Shown here: positions 56,096-64,000 of the stretch, piece after piece | Layout of the letters: every line of letters begins with the position of its first letter | Position numbering within the stretch: the stretch's first letter is position 1 | Assembly: GCA_964016885.1 (NCBI GenBank) | Contig: OZ024742.1 | Location: 80,042,001-80,106,000, forward strand | Length of the DNA stretch: 64,000 nucleotides | DNA from: Eledone cirrhosa | Taxonomy: Eukaryota | Reading direction: 5' to 3' | The notes under the pieces: generated by a model | What the model was told of the DNA's origin: nothing | The model's input: the letters and a program-made list of their open reading frames with translations, nothing else | Database searches by the model: none | Translations under genes and position numbers: made by a program

Positions 56096-57915
56096 GTATA
56101 AATCTACCCATGAACCTCTCAATAAATCTACGTATCTCTTTATTTATATATCTACTGATTTGTCTGCATGTCTATAAGGCAATCTATATGTATGCATGCA
56201 TGTATATGTATATATATAAATTTATCTATCACTGTATCTGCATTCTTTCTCAAATACATATCTCTACGTCTATACATCTCTGTATCGCTATAACATTCTT
56301 CATACCTCCATATATATAAATGTGTAAGGCATAGACTGCTAATACGTATTTACATATATGTATGCATTTCTTTACATATGCGTGTATTTTTAAGAGTTAA
56401 GACGGTCGCTTTTTAAATGTCAACTTGTGTTTTTCTTTTCCTTGATTGTGTTCCATTCGAAATATTCGTAAATATATGTGTAAGTTAATTTGAATATATA
56501 TGTTGATGTAAGTGTAGATATATCTTCACTCATGTAATTATTTCTGTGTGTTCCGTTCATGAAACGGCAATGAACAACATTTAAAAATCCTCATTGTACA
56601 ATTTATCGTGTATATATGGAATATGTGAGGTACTTTGTTTTAATCTTTCGGAGATGTACCATGTTCTCATGTGTCAAGGCAATCACTCCAAAGATGGTAT
56701 TAGCATTACAGCCGTATATGGTCCTATTATTTGTGGATATCTCTAAATTCGTTCCTTTCTGATATCGGCTTAAATATATTCTGTGACTCTAAATTACAAC
56801 GTAACACCTACATAAGCAATCATTTTCCATATGCCTGTATCATTCACTATATTGAATATAGTAGAAAATGACATTTGATAATCATATTCCTCGTAGTCAA
56901 CAATCCATTCTCCATTTAATACCCAATATCATCTCTTATTCTCATTAATCTGATTTTCTATGCCTTCCATGAATGTTATGACCATTTATTCCACCAGATC
57001 CTAACATAATTCCGTGGCAATTCCCCACAAGTGATAAGGAAGTATGATCTGCCAGATTGAAAAGATTTTTACACAAATTGTCACCCTGAAAATGAAGGTC
57101 TATAACATAATTATGTTTGCGATTATAACAGCTGCATCAAAAAATATTGTTGCGGTGTTTACAATAATGTAATCAGTAATTTCTCTACGTTAATTGTAGC
57201 AGACATAACTTGACAAGACATAGTGAAGCTAATATTCATGAGAGCACAACGGACTAAGAAAAAAGCAACACAAAACTCCATATAACTTAACCATATTTTA
57301 TGTAGATTTTAATAAGCAAACATTTCGTCATTGAACCTCGTCGACACAACCATTGACTCCATTCTTTATGCTTGCTCATCAATATGTGTAAAGGGTATTC
57401 ACTAAGTATAAGCATGCTATTGGACTTTAGAATTTAACCAGATAGGTCTCATGTTTTTGAGATACAGGTTATATCTCTGAAAGTTCAATCAGTGTTATAT
57501 ATCGAGTTATTTATTTACATTGTTAATGGTTGATAAGATCTTTGTTGAAGATTATATATATTTCTTATGTGAGATCTAATAGCCTACATTTACATTTTGG
57601 AGATAGAATTGGTGTTGTGAATGATCGAAATAATTTTGTTAGCTAATCTAAGTTGATTGTAAGATTTTTCCCTTCAAATAATATGTTAGGCGTATGCCTA
57701 TATTACTAGTCAATCATCTATAATACGCGTTTGCTAGATGCAATGATCCACTAGTTTTAAATAACCCACGCGGTTTAGGATTCCGTCCCTCAGTATGGAA
57801 CATAGGCAAAATTGTTTCTCAGAGCATCGTGCGGAATAACTTGTCAGTAATATGTAGAGCGTCAATTGTTTATAAGCACCGCCTGTATACACATACGCAC
57901 ACATACACACGTTGG

Positions 57916-57962
<47 letters not shown>

Positions 57963-58165
57963 ATTTATTAAAATAACAGATTAAAGTGTAAGCAAAGAAT
58001 CGCTGCTTTCACCCTTAACGGCATCTTCTGAAACTAACAAAGTCAATCTGTGAACGCAGAAGCCGTTGCAACCGGAGGAAGACTTGAAGACGATACTTTG
58101 TTTCGTGGAAAGGTTCCCTGGCAAAGAACAGGAAAAAACGGATATAATGACGTATTATATTCGTT

Positions 58166-58436
<271 letters not shown>

Positions 58437-58474
58437 TATGTTATATGCATATAATATATATATATATATTATAT

Positions 58475-58620
58475 GCATGGCTTAGTGGTTAGACCATTGG
58501 GTTTGCAATCGAAAGGTTGTGAGTTCAATTCTCGGACCGGGTGATGTGTTGTTTCCTTGAGCAAGACACTTTATTTCACGTTGCTCCAGTTTACTCAGCT
58601 GTAAAAATGAGTACCGGCCT
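58475..58620 (+). mobile_element. tRNA-derived CORE-type SINE (second SINE family)
   Basis: TGGCTTAGTGG A box, GAGTTCAATTC B box, ccttgagcaagacacttt...ctcagctgtaaaaatgagta CORE-like domain. Confidence 0.8.
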
Positions 58621-58951
58621 GCCCTCCACGCCAGTGGGATGGCGTTATCTTATGGCTAAAACAGCACGACGTTCAAGGTGATCAAGGTGATATATTATAT
58701 ATGTGTGCGTTCATTGTTTGAATATAGCGTTTCGACAAATTATGACAGATAGAATATATACAATAGGTAAAGAATATATTATAGACCCGAAGTAACCGAC
58801 TGATATCCATTGAAACGCTGCAGTATAATGTTTGAAAACAATAAAAAAAAACACATTAATACATTCGATCACACACACACACACATTCACTCACGAACAC
58901 GCACACTCACGTACACACACACTCACACACACCTATACATCTATATATATA

Positions 58952-59022
<71 letters not shown>

Positions 59023-59083
59023 CGTAAAATAAGAACATTTAAAAAAAAAATTTTTTTAAAAATTAACTTACTTAAATTTTTCA

Positions 59084-59163
59084 CTCCAACTAATTAGTTT
59101 CTGCAATGGGATAAAGACAGTTACGTAATGAACCGTTGAGAATTTCATTGCGTCATCAGGGAG
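59084..59163 (-). ncRNA. Hammerhead ribozyme, inverted monomer
   Basis: Reverse complement of 59718-59797. Confidence 0.72.
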
Positions 59164-59717
59164 GTCATTCTCAGCCGAGTCTCCAGGCGATGCGCGGACA
59201 CTGGCGACTCATATAAAAATAATAATAATTCGGTAAATGGAACAGCTATCGAGGACTGGATTCCAGCTACTGAAAATTCTCACTGCCACTGATCATATGG
59301 CCGATTCAAAAGAATCAATCACGTGACACAGAGGCTAGTCAGTAGGAATGGGGAGGTAAGATGACAAGCGCCTACTAACACCCCCCCAAAAATATTTTTA
59401 GAAGTGGTTTTGGCAGGTTTGCTCGACAAATCAGTGATTTGGAGATAAATATAGATAATTTAATATATCTACTAACATAAGCGCACAGATGTACGCCAAT
59501 GCCAGCAAATACACAGGTTATGTCATAGTACCTAGGTGGTTCGATGCAGGAGAATGCAGAACAATAATATAAAAGACGTAAAATAAGAAAATTTCAGTAG
59601 CTGGAATCCAGTAGCTGGAATCCAGTCCTCGATAGCTGTTCCATTTACCGAATTATTATTATTTTTATATGAGTCGCCAGTGTCCGCGCATCGCCTGGAG
59701 ACTCGGTTGAGAATGAC

Positions 59718-59797
59718 CTCCCTGATGACGCAATGAAATTCTCAACGGTTCATTACGTAACTGTCTTTATCCCATTGCAGAAACTAATTAGTTGGAG
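59718..59797 (+). ncRNA. Hammerhead ribozyme with a large loop 2
   Basis: CTCC-CTGATGA-c-GCAATG...CATTGC-a-GAAA-CTAATTAG-TT-GGAG; palindromic ACTAATTAGT stem III; GUU triplet. Confidence 0.75.
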
Positions 59798-60272
59798 TGA
59801 AAATTTAAGTAAGTTAACTTTTTAAAAAAATTTTTTAAAAAAATTTTCTTATTTTACGTCTTTTATATTATTGTTCTGCATTCTCCTGCATCGAACCACC
59901 TAGGTAATATGACATAACCTGTGTATTTGCTGGCATTGGCGTACATCTGTGCGCTTATGTTAGTAGATATATTAAATTATCTATATTTATCTCCAAATCA
60001 CTGATTTGTCGAGCAAACCTGCCAAAACTACTTTAAAAAATTTTTTTTTGGGGGGTGTTAGTAGGCGCTTGTCATCTTACCACCCCATTCCTACTGACTA
60101 GCCTCTGTGTCACGTGATTGATTCTTTAGAATCGGCCATATGATCAGTGGCAGTGAGAATTTTCAGTAGCTGGAATCCAGTCCTCGATAGCTGTTCCATT
60201 TACCGAATTATTATTATTTTTATATGAGTCGCCAGTGTTCGCGCATCGCCTGGAGACTCGGCTGAGAATGAC

Positions 60273-60352
60273 CTCCCTGATGACGCAATGAAATTCTCAA
60301 CGGTTCATTACGTAACAGTCTTTATCCCATTGCAGAAACTAATTAGTTGGAG
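60273..60352 (+). ncRNA. Hammerhead ribozyme, next monomer
   Basis: Same motif 555 bp downstream. Confidence 0.75.
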
Positions 60353-60521
60353 TGAAAATTTAAGTAAGTAAGTTAATTTTTTTTTTTTAATTTTTTTAAA
60401 AAATTTCTTATTTTACGTCTTTTATATTATTGTTCTGCATTCTCCTGCATCGAACCACCTAGGTACTATGACATAACCTGTGTATTTGCCGGCATTGGCG
60501 TACATCTGTGCGCTTATGTTA

Positions 60522-60580
<59 letters not shown>

Positions 60581-61095
60581 TGTATATATATGTGTGTGTG
60601 TGTATGTGTGTGCGTGTGTATATATATATAGTATGGCCCGGTATACACGTTATATGTATATATATATATATGTATGTGTGTGTATTTTTAAACGTCGCAC
60701 GCATAAACATTAGTTGGCATGAGAGAAAATACATAGGTTTTTTTGTTAGATGCGTTGTAATATGATCTGAAACAGACTTACTGTTAGTAAAATAGAACAT
60801 TAATAAAAGAAAACAGCTTGTAATGTCAAATCGTAGTAAATATCATCAATCCAAGATATTATGTTTCAATAGAAAATACAGAAGAAAACGTGTATTCTCA
60901 GGTTTCTAATTACTTTCAACTTAATAGGTTTGTTTATTATACATAGTATACATTTCGCTTAGTCGTTCTCTGATTTCTCATAATTTTTCCACCACCAACT
61001 CTCTCCCTAACGATCCCACACATTAACAGTAACTTCATTCCTATATGCTTGTATACACACGTACACATAATATATAGATATTTATGTGTTTGCTT

Positions 61096-61128
<33 letters not shown>

Positions 61129-61228
61129 GTATATATAAATGTACATAACACACACATATGTATATAAATATACATATATTTATTTATAAATGCATACATA
61201 TATATATATTTTCCATTTATTAATATTG

Positions 61229-61522
<294 letters not shown>

Positions 61523-61626
61523 TAAAAGGAAAAAATGGTGACAAATTTTTCACTGGGAAAAATTTGTCAGCATATACTTTCCTTTTACTAATATATCACA
61601 ACTCGTGTGTTACACCTCTATTTTTC

Positions 61627-61675
<49 letters not shown>

Positions 61676-61978
61676 ACATACAGGAAATATATATATACAT
61701 ACATAAAATTAACTATAAAAGAATCTCTAATGAATATAACCAATTGTTAATACTGTAAATAAAACCCTTTTTGTACTGTTGACCATATTATTCGTCACTC
61801 TTTCTCTATTATTAGTCCAAGATTAACCTGTATAGGGATTCCCAAGAAATCGCAACCTAACTAAGGAAACCTCTTGTTGAGTGAAACAACGCCGTACATT
61901 AAAACTATCCACAATACCGTGTATTCACAATCTCTAACTGGATTACCTATAACAATAATTTGTTATCCCGTATGTATA

Positions 61979-62072
<94 letters not shown>

Positions 62073-62076
62073 CATA

Positions 62077-64000
62077 CTAGCAGTTTAGCCCGGCGTTGCT
62101 CGGGTTTGTTCATTTTCTATGAATAGTGTTACATACAGGTGAACTTGGCTTGAAAGCGAATAGTAGGTTTATCAATTAAGTGCATAAAGCAGTTGAACCG
62201 GTTATTAAAAGTTAGCATTTTGGACAATCAATGAAGGGTTAATAATCTCTTCCAATACGAATTTAGCAGACCAATGTTGCAAGATTATCAAGTGGGGCGT
62301 CAGTGACTTGACGACCATGCGAGTACCGTTGCACTGCTTTGGTGGACGCAAGTCCCTTATTAGCATAATGGGACAGCCAACCCTGAGCTTAAGGATGTGA
62401 GGTGGGAGCCCTGGGGGCTCAAGGGAATGTAACAACTCAACCAGATAATTAAAAATATCGTTGGGGTCTGACGTCCGGTCGATAGATTTGAAGATGTGCT
62501 CTTTACCGGGAATCTTTTCAATCAGCTGCTGGTTAATAAAATTAACCATGGCATTTTTCGGAGCAAGGATGGCTCTTTCGCTGAGCCTATCGATGTTTTT
62601 AAAGTTAGATGAGACATTACGAAAAACTGCTTCCCAAATGTCATAAGGGCTGCTCACAATTTTGCACAGGGAGTCAATTGCGATGCCGCCCTTGTCATCT
62701 ACAGGGACCTTGCCCTTACCACCAAGTGCTAAAACGTTCTGAGCAAATGCTGCAGACATGTTGTCACCATGCAAATGAGCACGCATATTTGTGCTCAGGT
62801 ACAAAATCTTCCCCTGTGGCCACAACGTGGACGCTTTAGGCAGGCACGCACTTCATCAGCTCTTGTCCCTTTAGGGATGACATGCAGCGTTTGCCGAAAA
62901 TCCCCTGATAGCAGAAGGGTTACTCCACTCATAGGAGCTGTAGAATCCCTAATGTCTTTCAGGGTCCTGTCCAATGCCCCAAGGGCACCCTTGTGTGCCA
63001 TTGTGCACTCATCCCAAACAATGAGGCAACATTTTCTGAGGACCAGAGCTTCGTATGAGCTCTTGTTGATAATGCATGTTGGTGTCTCAGTTTTTACTAA
63101 ATCCAAGTGGAGTTTAAAGGTTGAATGTGCTGTCCTGTTTCCCGGCAGCAAAGTAGCAGCGATTCCGGAAAATGCAACGGCCAAAGCAATTTCTTTCTCC
63201 TGACGAATCTTAGCGAGAAACAATTTCGTTACAAAAGTTTTTCCGGTACCCCCAGGAGTATCGAGAAAGTAAATACCCCCAGTCTGATTTTGAACCGCGT
63301 CAATGATAGTTAAATAGGCCAACCTTTGGTCCGATAGAAGTTTGGGCTCATTTTCCTCTAAGTATTGGGAAAGAGATTCGATGTCATATGCTGTTTCCCG
63401 CAACAAATCGGGCCAACGTGTTAGCTTCCTCTCTGACGGTTGACGGCAAGCCATACGCCGCCAACTCACTCCCACCCATGTCGAGGAGGGCGTCCCCGAT
63501 ATCAAAAGGTTCCATGTTGTAGATAATGTCGCTGTAAACAACTTCCACTGAAGGATGATGCAGGTGAGCCAGGCGCAGGACGTTCTCAGACATCAAGTCT
63601 CTGTACTTGACCCATAAAAACTTTTGGGATCACCCAATTCACACTTTTGAACCAAAATGGCAAAGAGTTCCCGTATACTTTTAGGTGATTTCAACAGTTT
63701 TGAGGTCCTGAAAACTTTATGGACCTACAACTTCATGCAGAAGAAGACGGAGATGAAAGCATTCATGCTGACTTGGGGGCACATTGTAAACCGTTCCAAG
63801 ACAGCTGTCAAATTTTACACCAGGATGTCTTTCAACAGCCTGACCTGACTTCCTTCGCACCCAAGTGTTTTTCGACCATATAAAGTTGGATGGAACATGG
63901 GGAGTACACAATTGTTTGCGCAAATGTCTCGAACTGGCAAAGTTTGAAGAAACCCGTCAGAGTGGTCTCTTTAGGATCGGCTGCCAACTTGGCGGCAGTT
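62077..64000 (-). mobile_element. Helitron, 3' portion (continues beyond the window)
   Basis: Minus-strand end CCCGAGCAACGCCGGG-ctaaactg-CTAG|T; Rep/helicase coding remnants. Confidence 0.92.
62285..64000 (-). pseudogene. Helitron RepHel, Pif1-family helicase part (frameshifted, C-terminus deleted)
   Basis: LDTPGGTGKT, VWDECTM, SGDFRQ, ILAPKN, LPPHILKLRVGCPIMLIR, CNGTR; upstream ECFHLRLLLHEVVGP. Confidence 0.92.

Larger units (their letters stand above)
59015..60523 (+). mobile_element. 555-bp non-coding monomer array (one inverted plus about 1.7 direct copies); retrozyme-like
   Basis: gtagctggaatccagtcctc at 59611 and 60166; 59015-59595 is a reverse-complement monomer; (TA)n on both flanks. 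Confidence 0.88.

Noticed and set aside
57985-58032. Minus-strand hammerhead-like CAGAAGA...GAAAGCA...TGCTT
   Set aside because: The core is mutated and stem I is weak; at best a decayed relic
58475-58550. Functional tRNA gene
   Set aside because: The acceptor stem is not closed and the sequence continues into a CORE-like SINE body
62205-63541. Host PIF1 helicase gene
   Set aside because: Intronless, frameshifted, fused to RepHel sequence and bounded by a Helitron terminus

Overview
AT-rich, microsatellite-dense eukaryotic DNA, probably from an octopus or other cephalopod (inferred from the SINE types and repeat landscape). I could not support any host gene; every credible coding region belongs to a transposon. 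Autonomous-type elements: a near-intact L1/Tx1-clade LINE plus two truncated relatives, Dong/R4-type RLE LINEs at (TAA)n, two Penelope-like elements (RT + GIY-YIG), an RTE tail and a Helitron (Pif1). Non-autonomous elements: a Helitron derivative and about 12 tRNA-derived SINE copies or fragments. Three signals stand out. (1) Several unrelated non-coding elements carry minimal hammerhead ribozyme cores with palindromic stem III. Two are tandem arrays with one ribozyme per monomer (310 nt at 44.5-45.2 kb, 555 nt at 59.0-60.5 kb) and look like Penelope-mobilised, circRNA-forming retrozymes. (2) These elements share a fold-back insertion architecture at (TA)n targets. (3) One SINE copy and its (TAA)n tail carry dense, strand-specific A-to-G changes with ADAR-like context, suggesting a retrotransposed hyper-edited RNA. 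All coordinates, folds and alignments were done by eye; boundaries may be off by some tens of bases.
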